DNA of 64,000 bases, taken from assembly GCA_019058365.1 (NCBI GenBank), contig JAHPZE010000005.1:185751-249750 (forward strand). The letters are read 5' to 3'. Positions 49,831 to 59,595 of this stretch are shown piece by piece. A program made the translations under genes and the position numbers. The number at the start of each line of letters is the position of its first letter. The stretch's first letter is position 1. The stretch is from Promethearchaeota archaeon (lineage in GTDB: Archaea; Asgardarchaeota; Lokiarchaeia; Sigyniarchaeales; SOKP01). The notes under the pieces were generated by a model that was not told the origin of the DNA, made no database searches, and was given only the letters and a program-made list of their open reading frames with translations.

Positions 49831-49914
49831 ATGCTAATCTTATAAATTATTTTAAAATTGAGAATCAATAAAAATGTTAATCTTATAAATTATTTTAAAC
49901 TTGAGAATCAATAA
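49831..49914. repeat. Tandem 41-bp direct repeat (period 43, 39/41 identical)
   Basis: ATG(C/T)TAATCTTATAAATTATTTTAAA(A/C)TTGAGAATCAATAA at 49831-49871 and 49874-49914. Confidence 0.9.
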
Positions 49915-50051
49915 TAGCTAGAGGAAGAAACTTTTAAACTTTGAATTGCTTCAGTTCAATTGTTTTGTCATTAAATTTTTTAAATAATGAATCTTACAAA
50001 ACCGTCAATAATATTATTTACTTGGTATTTTTATAATTATTTACAAACTTT

Positions 50052-50312
50052 ATGTTTATGAGAGCTATTTTTAATATATCTACTAATTACTATTGCCCGC
50101 GATGTAATTCAACTGAAATCGTTGATCATGGGGAATATATCGAATGTTCAAAATGTTGTTTGGATTTTTTTAAGGATCATTTTGGAGAAATAAATAATGA
50201 AAATATTTTAGCAGAGGAAGAATTAAAGGGTGTTATTGATTCATTTGAGGGTCTAAAAGATAAAAAAATACGTAAGGTGTTTTTAAAATCTATAGAAAAT
50301 GATAATTTTTAG
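50052..50312 (+). CDS. Small Zn-ribbon protein, paralog of 58651..58977
   Basis: YYCPRC...IECSKC, ENILAEEEL and LKDKKIRK are shared with the paralog. Confidence 0.8.
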   Translation: MFMRAIFNISTNYYCPRCNSTEIVDHGEYIECSKCCLDFFKDHFGEINNENILAEEELKGVIDSFEGLKDKKIRKVFLKSIENDNF

Positions 50313-50348
50313 TTAGGAATGTATTGATAATTTCTTAGATCATTTAAG

Positions 50349-51989
50349 CTAATATTCCTCCTTCCCATTTTCCCTTATTATGAACTTTTTATTAAAATAT
50401 ATACATGTAAGTCGATTCTTAAAGATCCAATCCTTTCCGAATTCATTCCAATATTCCCTAAACAAATCATTAGTAAGAAACTTAGATTTTTCTGCCTTTG
50501 CAACTTCTAGAACATATTCATCGGCTTTTGTTCCTGCTGGAGACTCTATTACAATTCGATCTCCAACTAGTTCTTTATAAAGGCTTCTATCATCCATTTT
50601 ATGTTTCGTAGAAGCATCTGCTATCATAGTGGGAGTATATCCTACTGAGATAACTGCTCTATGTATTTTAATGATATTCTCAACCTTCAATTTTTGATTT
50701 TCATTCTTATCTAAGTGCAAGATATTTGCTAAATCAACTACGACCATTTTATTGGGATTTTGAACAATAATGTTTTCATCTTGATTAATTTTTGTGTCGA
50801 TTACTTCTTTTTTATTAAATAAAGTATCCAATTCTGAAATTTTTTCTAAGAAATAAGAGTAATCTTCAGGAGATAAGATTATTTTTGAAGTACTATATCG
50901 TTCTAAATCATCTAAACATTTAAAAATCCATTGCTTATATTTATTCCACTCAGCATTGAAGGAAGGCATTTCTTCTGATGTGATTTTCTTAGTAGTTCTC
51001 TTAATTTCAGATATATTAGGTTTTGGTAATGATGGTTTCTTTTGTATATCTAACTTTTTTAAGATCATTTCAAAGTCTAGTTGGTCTGATTCAATTAATT
51101 GATAATTTGATATATTCATTTGTTTCCATTCATTTATGAAATTCTCGGGAATACCGTTTTGCCAATGATGATTTCGCAAATAATTATAGAGTTTTTGAGG
51201 ATTATATAACTCTTCTAATTCTAAATGGGCAGGGTTCACTCTTTTGGAGCGAAAATTATGAAGAAGTTGAATAAATTCTTTTCCAATTTGTCTATTTGTA
51301 GTTATAATTATATCATATTCATCTGAAAAATCTTTTAATGCTTTTCGTGGTTTAGATTTTATGTTGTTAATATCGGGAATATTGATGTCATAATAGCGCC
51401 TTGTAAAATCCAAAATTGAATTCCAATATTCTTTATCATACTCAATTAATATTTCGGGAAGCCTTTCCAAATTTCCGCTTTGATTTAACTCCTTAAAAAT
51501 TCTACTAGCAACAATCTTAATTTTTTGAATGTTTTCTTGTAAGAGAGCTTCATCTTGCGATGTTGAGATAAGATACTTTTCAAATTCTAAGTCAGAATCA
51601 TCAATATCATAATTTAGAAATTGATTATTCTTCTTATTAAAGAAAATAAATCTACTCCCGTTTGCTAAACTGCCAATATTTTCATTTGAATTTATCACAC
51701 ATCGAATCCCTTCTAAATTCATTAGTTCGTTCACTTTATCTCGATTTGCATTATATATAAAATAAAGGGTGGGATTTTGAGAATAAGAATTGGTTGACTC
51801 AAACTCCAATATTTCTTTAAGGTTGTGTAGGGCTGTAGATTCAAGATCAACAACGTTATATCCTGCGGTAAAAATTTCAAGACCATGAAGGTGCTTCATA
51901 TCAATATAGGGAAATATCACTAGATTTCTCTGTTGAAAAAAAAGAATATTTAAAAACTCTGGTCGAATGAAATCTGAGCTTGTATCCAT
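50349..51989 (-). CDS. Protein with a C-terminal NYN/Zc3h12a (Regnase-like) PIN RNase domain
   Basis: VVVDLAN, IADAS, PAGTKADEYVL and FLTNDLFREY form the acidic PIN-type active-site pattern. Confidence 0.8.
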   Translation of the reverse strand: MDTSSDFIRPEFLNILFFQQRNLVIFPYIDMKHLHGLEIFTAGYNVVDLESTALHNLKEILEFESTNSYSQNPTLYFIYNANRDKVNELMNLEGIRCVINSNENIGSLANGSRFIFFNKKNNQFLNYDIDDSDLEFEKYLISTSQDEALLQENIQKIKIVASRIFKELNQSGNLERLPEILIEYDKEYWNSILDFTRRYYDINIPDINNIKSKPRKALKDFSDEYDIIITTNRQIGKEFIQLLHNFRSKRVNPAHLELEELYNPQKLYNYLRNHHWQNGIPENFINEWKQMNISNYQLIESDQLDFEMILKKLDIQKKPSLPKPNISEIKRTTKKITSEEMPSFNAEWNKYKQWIFKCLDDLERYSTSKIILSPEDYSYFLEKISELDTLFNKKEVIDTKINQDENIIVQNPNKMVVVDLANILHLDKNENQKLKVENIIKIHRAVISVGYTPTMIADASTKHKMDDRSLYKELVGDRIVIESPAGTKADEYVLEVAKAEKSKFLTNDLFREYWNEFGKDWIFKNRLTCIYFNKKFIIRENGKEEY

Positions 51990-52011
51990 TCCTTCACCAT
52001 TAATCAGCTAA

Positions 52012-52674
52012 TTATTCTTTAAAATAGTTAAAAATAACTTGAAGTATTAAATCCTTAAAACTTTGTACAACATTCTTTCCTTGCAATGCCTCAGCTGGAT
52101 AAATTATATATGATCCATCTGGATATCTCTCTTGAAGCGGAAGCCCTAATTGAAGTTTAAAATCTTGAACGGGGATTGCATCTTTTAAGTCTCGTTTATT
52201 TAACTGAATTAAATATGGGATTTCTTTTTGTTTGGCAAAACTCACCAGCTCTCGAAAACTTCTTTTGTTTTGTTCTATTTTTTCTGGATCTGAATCACCG
52301 ATAAACATAATCCCATCAGCTCCATCCAATACGTATTCTCGAGTGGAAAGGAAACGCTCTTGTCCTGTACACGTGACTACATGGCAAATGATATTAAACC
52401 TGATATCATGTAAAGTAAATTTAAATAGTAAATAAAGAGAATCTTCCCATAATGTCCTTCCTTCAGTAGTTTCAATTGAATACCCATGAGTTAGTTTGAG
52501 TAAATCGAACTTTTCACGTAATCTGAAGAAATTGGTGGTTTTTCCACTTTCTCCAGGCCCCCAATAGACTATCTTGAACTGGATCATATTTTCTGTATCA
52601 TTAAAATCAAAATCTTCGCTTACCTCAACTTTTACCTTATCTAACTTACCTAGATTTCTCTGTTGTAATCCCAT
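52012..52674 (-). CDS. MglA-like small GTPase
   Basis: KIVYWGPGESGKTTN, GRTL, TCTGQ, DGADG and QLNKRDL. Confidence 0.9.
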   Translation of the reverse strand: MGLQQRNLGKLDKVKVEVSEDFDFNDTENMIQFKIVYWGPGESGKTTNFFRLREKFDLLKLTHGYSIETTEGRTLWEDSLYLLFKFTLHDIRFNIICHVVTCTGQERFLSTREYVLDGADGIMFIGDSDPEKIEQNKRSFRELVSFAKQKEIPYLIQLNKRDLKDAIPVQDFKLQLGLPLQERYPDGSYIIYPAEALQGKNVVQSFKDLILQVIFNYFKE

Positions 52675-52697
52675 TTAATCACCTGAGAGGATGTATG

Positions 52698-53246
52698 TTA
52701 AGAGATAGATCCAATTTTATCTGAGAATATTTGCTTTTTTAAATCTTTGATATGTTCTTTAATTTCCTTCTCCGGCATTCTTAAGACATTCTTCATATGT
52801 TCATTTCTTTCAATTTCTTCTTTAATTTTTTGAGCGAATTTACTCATTTGGAGGATCATCACACCTAAATTTACCTCATTGTCTGTTAAGAGAACAATAA
52901 GAATATCTCGTTTTCCCTTCTTTTGAAGTTCAATGGCTCCAATCGATTTTACAAACAATCGCATATCGTTATAAATAATAGTCGCACGCTCTAAGGATTC
53001 TGTCTCAAAGAAATCTTGACCCTGCCTTGCTACACCATATAAAGCCGCCCCTATTGAACTTAAATCCCAATAGTTGAGTTTTCGATCAAATCGAGAATCA
53101 ATAGCAATAATTTTTGCGTCTTGATCGATTGCAATTAAACCATATATATAGCCCCTTCGTGTTAATTTACCATAATTATATCTAATATCGTCTAATACTT
53201 CTGTTATCTTATTTTCATACAACACTTTTGGTATATGTGTTATCAT
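52698..53246 (-). CDS. Roadblock/MglB-like protein
   Basis: GLIAIDQDAKIIA...LSSIGAALYGVA...ILIVLLTDNEVNLGVM; adjacent to the MglA-like gene. Confidence 0.75.
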   Translation of the reverse strand: MITHIPKVLYENKITEVLDDIRYNYGKLTRRGYIYGLIAIDQDAKIIAIDSRFDRKLNYWDLSSIGAALYGVARQGQDFFETESLERATIIYNDMRLFVKSIGAIELQKKGKRDILIVLLTDNEVNLGVMILQMSKFAQKIKEEIERNEHMKNVLRMPEKEIKEHIKDLKKQIFSDKIGSIS

Positions 53247-53535
53247 CTAATTTTTTCCTCTATATTATAATTTTGTTGATAAAATGTAGTAAGAGGAGTA
53301 TATAAAGAAAAAATTTATGATAACAAGAAACAAAAGCTAAAGTTCTAAATAACTGAAGATTTAAAGAATTATCTTTATAAGTGTAACTAGAGACAAAAAA
53401 ATCTATCAATTCAATTTTTGTGAGATTAAACAAAATGAAAAGGAATGTTTCAATTAATAAGTAAAAGTAAAAAGAATTGCGAGGTAGTTAAATAAACTGA
53501 CCCACCTCTTTTCTTACTTTTAAATTTAAATCAAT

Positions 53536-54471
53536 TTAATCATTGTACAACTCAGTTGACAAGTATCTTTCCCCTGTATCACACGTAATAAATACAATAT
53601 TCTGCCCATCTTCAAATTCTTTTGAAACTATATTTATTGCTGCCCAAGCTATTGCACCCGAGCTAATTCCTGAAAAAATTCCTTCTAATCTAGCTAAATC
53701 CCTTGCTGTTTTAATAGCATCTTCATATTCTACTTGAATAACTTGATCATAGATCTTTGTATTAAGAACATCTGGTACAAACCCGGCACCAATACCTTGA
53801 ATTTTATGTGGTCCTGGAATTCCCCCTGACAAAACAGGAGAGTCTTTTGGTTCTATAGCGTACACTTTCAATGTTGCACCCACTTTTTCTTTTAAAACTT
53901 CTCCAACTCCAGTAATAGTTCCTCCTGTACCTACACCCGCTACAAAAGCATTAACTTGACCATCTAGATCATTAAATATCTCATTCGCTGTTGTTTTACG
54001 ATGAATTTCTGGATTTGCTAAATTTTTAAACTGTTGAGGAATATACACTTTCCCTTTTTCTTTAGCGATTTCTTCAGCCTTGGCTATTGCACCCTTCATT
54101 CCTCCTTCTTTTGGAGTTAAAATTACTTTTGCCCCATAAGCTTTCAAGATTTTCATTCTTTCAATTGATACATTCTCAGGCATAACAAGAATTAATTTAT
54201 ATCCTTTTGCAGCACAAGTAAGAGCCAATCCAATACCAGTATTGCCAGAAGTAGGTTCAACAATAATTGTTTCATTATTTATTATCCCTTTTTCCTCAGC
54301 TGTTTGGATCATAGCAATTCCTATCCTATCCTTTACACTTCCTCCAGGATTAAAATATTCTAATTTAGCATAAAGGTTCGGTTTAGGATTTATATTTTCA
54401 ACAATTCTATTCAATCTAACAAGAGGTGTTTTACCTATTGTTTCAAGTATACTGTTATAAGTGTTTGTCAT
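53536..54471 (-). CDS. cysK: Cysteine synthase A (start probably MTNTYN at 54471)
   Basis: NPGGSVKDR, PTSGNTG, GVGTGGT, HKIQGIG and DTGERYLS. Confidence 0.95.
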   Translation of the reverse strand: MTNTYNSILETIGKTPLVRLNRIVENINPKPNLYAKLEYFNPGGSVKDRIGIAMIQTAEEKGIINNETIIVEPTSGNTGIGLALTCAAKGYKLILVMPENVSIERMKILKAYGAKVILTPKEGGMKGAIAKAEEIAKEKGKVYIPQQFKNLANPEIHRKTTANEIFNDLDGQVNAFVAGVGTGGTITGVGEVLKEKVGATLKVYAIEPKDSPVLSGGIPGPHKIQGIGAGFVPDVLNTKIYDQVIQVEYEDAIKTARDLARLEGIFSGISSGAIAWAAINIVSKEFEDGQNIVFITCDTGERYLSTELYND

Positions 54472-54472
54472 T

Positions 54473-55318
54473 TTAAATTCCCCCTCCGTGTTTTCCATAA
54501 TATATTTCTATATCCTCGTGCCTCTTTTTAGTGTTATTTAAGACTCTCGTTTCTAATTCTTTTATTCTTTTATCTAAACTAGAAACTGCAATTGCGATTG
54601 GATCGGGTAGATCTCCATGCCTTAAGTCAATTTTTTCGATTTTTTCTCCTTTTTTAGAAATAATTTTACCGGGTACTCCAACCACTACGCAATGTGGTGG
54701 AACATCTTCTACTACCACGGAATTAGCTCCGATTCTAACATTATCTCCGATTTTGATAGGTCCTAAGATCTTTGCTCCCGCCCCTATTACCACATTATTA
54801 CCAATAGTTGGATGTCTTTTCACTTTTTCTAAACTAGTTCCACCCAGCACCACTCCTGAATATAAAGTGACATTATTACCGATTTCTGTTGTTTCGCCAA
54901 TTACAACACCTGATCCATGATCGATAAAAAATTCTGCTCCAATGTCAGCTCCAGGATGTATTTCAATTGCAGTTAAATCTCTTGCTATATCCGAAATATA
55001 TCTAGGGATAAAAGGCATTCTTAATATCCAAAAGAAATGAGCTATTCTATATAAAAGGACTGCTTTCACTCCGGGATAACCAGCCAGTACTTCAATTAAA
55101 GTATTTGCTGCGGGATCTTTATTGAAAGCAGCATTGACATCTGATATAAAAAAATCTAAAATTTTTTGTAAATTTCTATCAATTTCTCTATTATCTAAAT
55201 CTTCAGTTTTAAAATTCAAATTTAATAGACATTCAGTACATTGAGTTTGAACATGTTTAGATTTAGGACCTAAGGTTTTACCACAGTTTAAACAACGAAG
55301 AAATTCATCCATTTCCAT
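54473..55318 (-). CDS. cysE: Serine O-acetyltransferase with N-terminal CxxC...CxxC extension
   Basis: [24 protein letters not shown] and RHPTIG; operon with cysK. Confidence 0.93.
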   Translation of the reverse strand: MEMDEFLRCLNCGKTLGPKSKHVQTQCTECLLNLNFKTEDLDNREIDRNLQKILDFFISDVNAAFNKDPAANTLIEVLAGYPGVKAVLLYRIAHFFWILRMPFIPRYISDIARDLTAIEIHPGADIGAEFFIDHGSGVVIGETTEIGNNVTLYSGVVLGGTSLEKVKRHPTIGNNVVIGAGAKILGPIKIGDNVRIGANSVVVEDVPPHCVVVGVPGKIISKKGEKIEKIDLRHGDLPDPIAIAVSSLDKRIKELETRVLNNTKKRHEDIEIYYGKHGGGI

Positions 55319-55501
55319 AATTTTTCACATGAATTATTTTTAGAAATCTCAATTCGAATTAATTAATTAAAAAATTTTGAAATTTCATAAAATTTTTGGT
55401 TATAAATAATATATTGTAGAGAATAAAGGTTTATGTTTAGCTTGGATTCTTGTTTATTTAAATTATTTTTCTCCAAAGCAAAAACTTGTTAGCTAAAAGT
55501 C

Positions 55502-56425
55502 TTAAATAACTTCTAATATTGTTCTTTTCGTAGAACTAAGCTCTTTTTCATTAGAATAAGTATATTCTTTTATTATTACATTGGATAATTTGATACTATT
55601 ACCATCTTCAATCTTTTTAAAGCATTCCACAGCTTGCAACCCCCAAATATTAACTCTAATTGAGCTTGTATCATCGCTTAAAATGAACTTCAATAGAAAA
55701 GATTTCTCACCATTCTTTAATGTTAATTCTTTAAATTCTTGAACTTGAACAATACCCTTGACAAAATGTATAAAACCTTCCTTACTATATAATTCCTCTA
55801 TGGTGAATTTAGAGGAGCCTGGTTTAGAACCCTTTTTTTCAATAGACTTGGAGTGATCCACATTCTTAACTTCGGGTAAAAAAATTCCCTTTGGAGCCAA
55901 TAATAGCTTTCCTTGCTTACTTAAATGCACTTCTAAATTATCCTTAATTCCTTTTTTAGAATAAGCTCCAACAACTTGGATAACCTCTCCTGTCTGAAAA
56001 AATTGATTAGAAATAATCTCTGTTTGGTCGTTCCACAACACAACCTTAACACAATCAGATTGATCACAAATTTGAAATGAGCCAACTGTTCCTAGAGTAC
56101 CATCTTTCCTTAAAAATTCTTTTTTCCCATGAATTTCAATTATCCTTCCCGCTATGACAATATTTCCCATATTTTCAGTAATATTAGAGATAGGTATTGC
56201 GAAGTCATTATAATCTATAATATCTTCTGTTATGCGATCTAAAATCTCATTATTTTCTGAAGAATCAACTTTGACTCCATTCTCTTTTGCTATTAAATAT
56301 AAAATTGTTTTTTTATTCATGGATCCTTGGAATTCAATTTCTTTTTCATTGATTTGCGCCATAAGTTCTTCCTCACTAATTCCAGCATCCAACAACGCCT
56401 GATAAATTTCTTCAGTTCTTTCCAC
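55502..56425 (-). CDS. Replication protein A-like ssDNA-binding protein (two OB folds)
   Basis: FLRKDGTLGTV...DQSDCVKVVLWND and DDTSSIRVNIWG. Confidence 0.85.
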   Translation of the reverse strand: MERTEEIYQALLDAGISEEELMAQINEKEIEFQGSMNKKTILYLIAKENGVKVDSSENNEILDRITEDIIDYNDFAIPISNITENMGNIVIAGRIIEIHGKKEFLRKDGTLGTVGSFQICDQSDCVKVVLWNDQTEIISNQFFQTGEVIQVVGAYSKKGIKDNLEVHLSKQGKLLLAPKGIFLPEVKNVDHSKSIEKKGSKPGSSKFTIEELYSKEGFIHFVKGIVQVQEFKELTLKNGEKSFLLKFILSDDTSSIRVNIWGLQAVECFKKIEDGNSIKLSNVIIKEYTYSNEKELSSTKRTILEVI

Positions 56426-56631
56426 TATATTCTTTCACACTATTCTATTTTATTCTTAAATAAAAGGAAAATTACTTTATCTATTATTCACATTTCTTCT
56501 TCCATAAGAAATTATACTTCTAAATTCATTTTCAAATGAAATTTTATATTACTTCTTTTTAATTTTAGAATTATTCTGGAAGAATATTACTAAGAGTTTA
56601 TATAAAGAAAAAAATTAAATACAATTTTCAA

Positions 56632-57240
56632 TTAATTTGATAAACATTTGATAAATTTAGAAGTTAAACCAATTTTATTCCGGGTTCTATGGAAGGCGTA
56701 GGCAGAACAACTACACAACGCTCTCAAATTTGACTGAATTATTTTTTGAGGTTCACTTTTGTCAAGTAAATCAGTTATAAATATCACAATTGTTAATTGA
56801 GTCATTAGTTGCGGCCAAAAAAATAACATATCTAATTTTTCTTTTAATCTTCGAGCATTTTCTTTTGCTCGTTTGTAATCGAACACCGGTGCTAATCGAT
56901 AAAATCTATGTAAAATGATGTTAATAAATTGGTTTTGATCTCTAGCATGAAGTACATTTGGATTTTTATTGATAAATTTTCTGAAATTTAACAGACCTAC
57001 TAAAAATTCACTGATAACCTTATGAACAAGTTTAATTGGAATGGTTAAGGCTTCACTTATATGGACACTTTCGGAAGCTGTTAATGTTCTTACTTTTTCT
57101 CTAATTGTTAAAAAAGAAACATTCCGGAATAAGTAATTTAATACAATTGGCTTTAATTTGTTCTGAAATTTATAATACTTATTATAATAATCATTAATAC
57201 TGTCTACTTCGAAAGATTCCTTTTTTAACGTTTGAGTCAT
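56632..57240 (-). CDS. Hypothetical helical protein (C-terminus reminiscent of a TFIIB cyclin-fold HTH)
   Basis: PQLMTQLTIVIFI...IIQSNLRALCSCSAYAFHRTR. The fold assignment is weak. Confidence 0.5.
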   Translation of the reverse strand: MTQTLKKESFEVDSINDYYNKYYKFQNKLKPIVLNYLFRNVSFLTIREKVRTLTASESVHISEALTIPIKLVHKVISEFLVGLLNFRKFINKNPNVLHARDQNQFINIILHRFYRLAPVFDYKRAKENARRLKEKLDMLFFWPQLMTQLTIVIFITDLLDKSEPQKIIQSNLRALCSCSAYAFHRTRNKIGLTSKFIKCLSN

Positions 57241-57346
57241 GATTTCCTCAATATTTCAATTAAATCTTAATAAATGTTTATAACAAGTGTATTTAAACAA
57301 AAAATAAGTGTAAGTGCTAAAGGCTTTTCATATTAAAAGAAAAAAT

Positions 57347-58441
57347 TTAGAGAAGATGATCTAATGTAATTTGGAGTTTTCGCGATTTTTGTCTCTGATG
57401 GATAAAAAATTCCCTAGAAGTAGTATAATTTTTTTCAAACATATCCAAGTTTTTCTCAACACGTTCTTTATTGAGATAATGTTCTTCACATAATAAAGAT
57501 AATACTCTTGCTTTATTTGCTGGATTCCAAAATATATTGTCAATTTGTTCATTTATATCAGGAAACAAAAATATTTTTCTCACTTTTTTTATTATAACAG
57601 GATTTAACTCACTAAAATCGTAATTATTATATTCTTTTAGAATAAGGGTCTCAATGGATTTGTATTTTCGAATAAGTTGTAATGCTTTTTTTGATCCAAT
57701 ACCATCAATCCCTGGAAAATAATCGATACCAACTAATATCCCAATATCAATAAGTTGAAAAATTGAAATCCCTAAATTCTTTAAATTCTTCTGTAAATCA
57801 ATTGAGACTGGTTGTATCTTTTGGTATCTCCATTTTCCCTGAATTTTCCTTTTTAACGATTTCGAGAGATTTTGAATAACATAAGGGCATCCAAATAAGA
57901 GTGAATCGAAATCTTGGGAATTTGAGAAATTTGCGATTTTTTGTTTTACTAAGAATGCACATTGAGATTCTGCCGAAGCGGGAGAATCTATATAAGGAAT
58001 ACCCAAAGCCCCCAGAAGTTGTTTGGATTCTTCCATTATATTCTGCCACATATATTCTTTACTTAAGGCAATTTGTCTTGCTAAATCTCTATCATTCTTT
58101 CTTAAAGCTTGCTTATACCATTTTTGAATAAAAAGAAAATCTTTAAGTTGATCTTTTGTAATCACTTTTTTCAGTACAGAAACTTTTCCATCAAAACAAA
58201 AAATAGGAAATATTCTCTTACTATAATAAAAATTCACTCGATACAACAAACCATATAAGTGTGATATTGGTCGCTGAGTTCGGTCTAAAATTAATCCCGC
58301 GTCAGTTCCGTTTGAGCTTTTGCGCCTAAAGTTGAACAATCCCATTATGATATTCGGAGCATCAATCGCTATAATTTTACACTGTAAATCTTGATATTCA
58401 AGTTGCTTTCGAATTATAATGTTTTGAAGTTTAACTCCCAT
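57347..58441 (-). CDS. fen: Flap endonuclease 1
   Basis: MGVKL, IAIDA, ISHLYG, FDGK, SAESQCA, SQDFDSLLFG, GIDY.PGI.GIG and PIP-box-like QITLDHLL. Confidence 0.92.
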   Translation of the reverse strand: MGVKLQNIIIRKQLEYQDLQCKIIAIDAPNIIMGLFNFRRKSSNGTDAGLILDRTQRPISHLYGLLYRVNFYYSKRIFPIFCFDGKVSVLKKVITKDQLKDFLFIQKWYKQALRKNDRDLARQIALSKEYMWQNIMEESKQLLGALGIPYIDSPASAESQCAFLVKQKIANFSNSQDFDSLLFGCPYVIQNLSKSLKRKIQGKWRYQKIQPVSIDLQKNLKNLGISIFQLIDIGILVGIDYFPGIDGIGSKKALQLIRKYKSIETLILKEYNNYDFSELNPVIIKKVRKIFLFPDINEQIDNIFWNPANKARVLSLLCEEHYLNKERVEKNLDMFEKNYTTSREFFIHQRQKSRKLQITLDHLL

Positions 58442-58650
58442 GATTAAGAAATCTACCTCGTGTAAATATAAAAAGAAAAAATGAATTTTAAAATTAAATT
58501 ACCATCCCTTTATGAGATGATATAATCGAAAAAAGATTGTAAAGATATTTAACTTCTTCAGTTTCATAGTTCACCTATTATATATTTTTAAAGGTGAACA
58601 ATTGATTGCATGAGAATATATAAATAAAAAATTGAGATTATAAAAAGGGG

Positions 58651-58893
58651 TTATTTATTAATATCGTCTTTGAGTGATTTTAAAAAAGCTTTACGTATTT
58701 TTTTATCTTTAAGCTCATCAAATGCATCCACAACGCCACTTAATTCTTCCTCTGCTAGAATATTTTCATCTTCGATGTCACTCTCAAGATCTTCAATAAA
58801 AAAGTTCAAGTGACATTGATTACATTCAATATGATCATCATATACGATGACATCTTCCGATTTACAACTTGGACAGTAATATTCTGAAGGCAT
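58651..58893 (-). CDS. Small Zn-ribbon protein, paralog of 50052..50312 (start probably MPSEYYC; ORF track start 58977)
   Basis: YYCPSC...IECNQC, ENILAEEEL and LKDKKIRKAFLKS. Confidence 0.8.
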   Translation of the reverse strand: MPSEYYCPSCKSEDVIVYDDHIECNQCHLNFFIEDLESDIEDENILAEEELSGVVDAFDELKDKKIRKAFLKSLKDDINK

Positions 58894-59225
58894 TCTAAGT
58901 ATGAATATTATACAAAACTGGATAGTTACTAATATTATTATAACTAAGAATTTAAAATTATCATTACAAACAATCATAAAGCTTAAAAAGGGGAATTTGA
59001 TGGGAATTTTTTCTCACCTTCTAAAACAGATTAATTTTTAGAATTATTTCATCTTTTTAAATAAAAATCGAATTTTGAGAAGATGGCTTTTTTCTTTAAA
59101 AATATGTGAAGAAATTATTTTATAAAATTAGTACATAAAAGTGGTGAAACATCATCTCTAAAAAAAGATATTATGACTCAATTGAAGTATTATATGATCG
59201 AAAGGCAACGTCACGAACATTAATA

Positions 59226-59540
59226 ATGATTATTTTTGGGATTGCTATATTTATACTTATATTTTTTCCATTCTATGGTTTTACTCTCAGATTTCATTTA
59301 GGATATATAACGAATAAAATTTTTGATACAATTGGGAGATTTTCTTTAATAGGGGGAGTATTTTTAATAACATTATGTATTATCAGTCTAATTTTAGGAA
59401 AAAAGATTAGAGTGGGGTGGTTTATCGTGGCAATAGTGTTGCTATGGGTAGGATGTTGGTGTACAGGAATAGTTCTTGACATCTGGGGATTTACTATTGG
59501 CAATCCTCAAAATACTGGAGGAGGAAGTGGATATTACTAA
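59226..59540 (+). CDS. Three-TM membrane protein (open frame extends upstream to 59148)
   Basis: Hydrophobic helices and a Gly-rich tail. Confidence 0.7.
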   Translation: MIIFGIAIFILIFFPFYGFTLRFHLGYITNKIFDTIGRFSLIGGVFLITLCIISLILGKKIRVGWFIVAIVLLWVGCWCTGIVLDIWGFTIGNPQNTGGGSGYY

Positions 59541-59595
59541 TTAAGTTCAAAAAAGCAATTATATTTGGTTTTTATTATATTTATTATTCACGATA

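Noticed and set aside
49831-49914. CRISPR array
   Set aside because: Only two copies with a 2-bp gap, no spacers and no cas genes.
58569-58599. GTTCACCT-N15-AGGTGAAC inverted repeat upstream of fen
   Set aside because: A single 8-bp-arm occurrence. It could be an operator or terminator, but there is no independent support.
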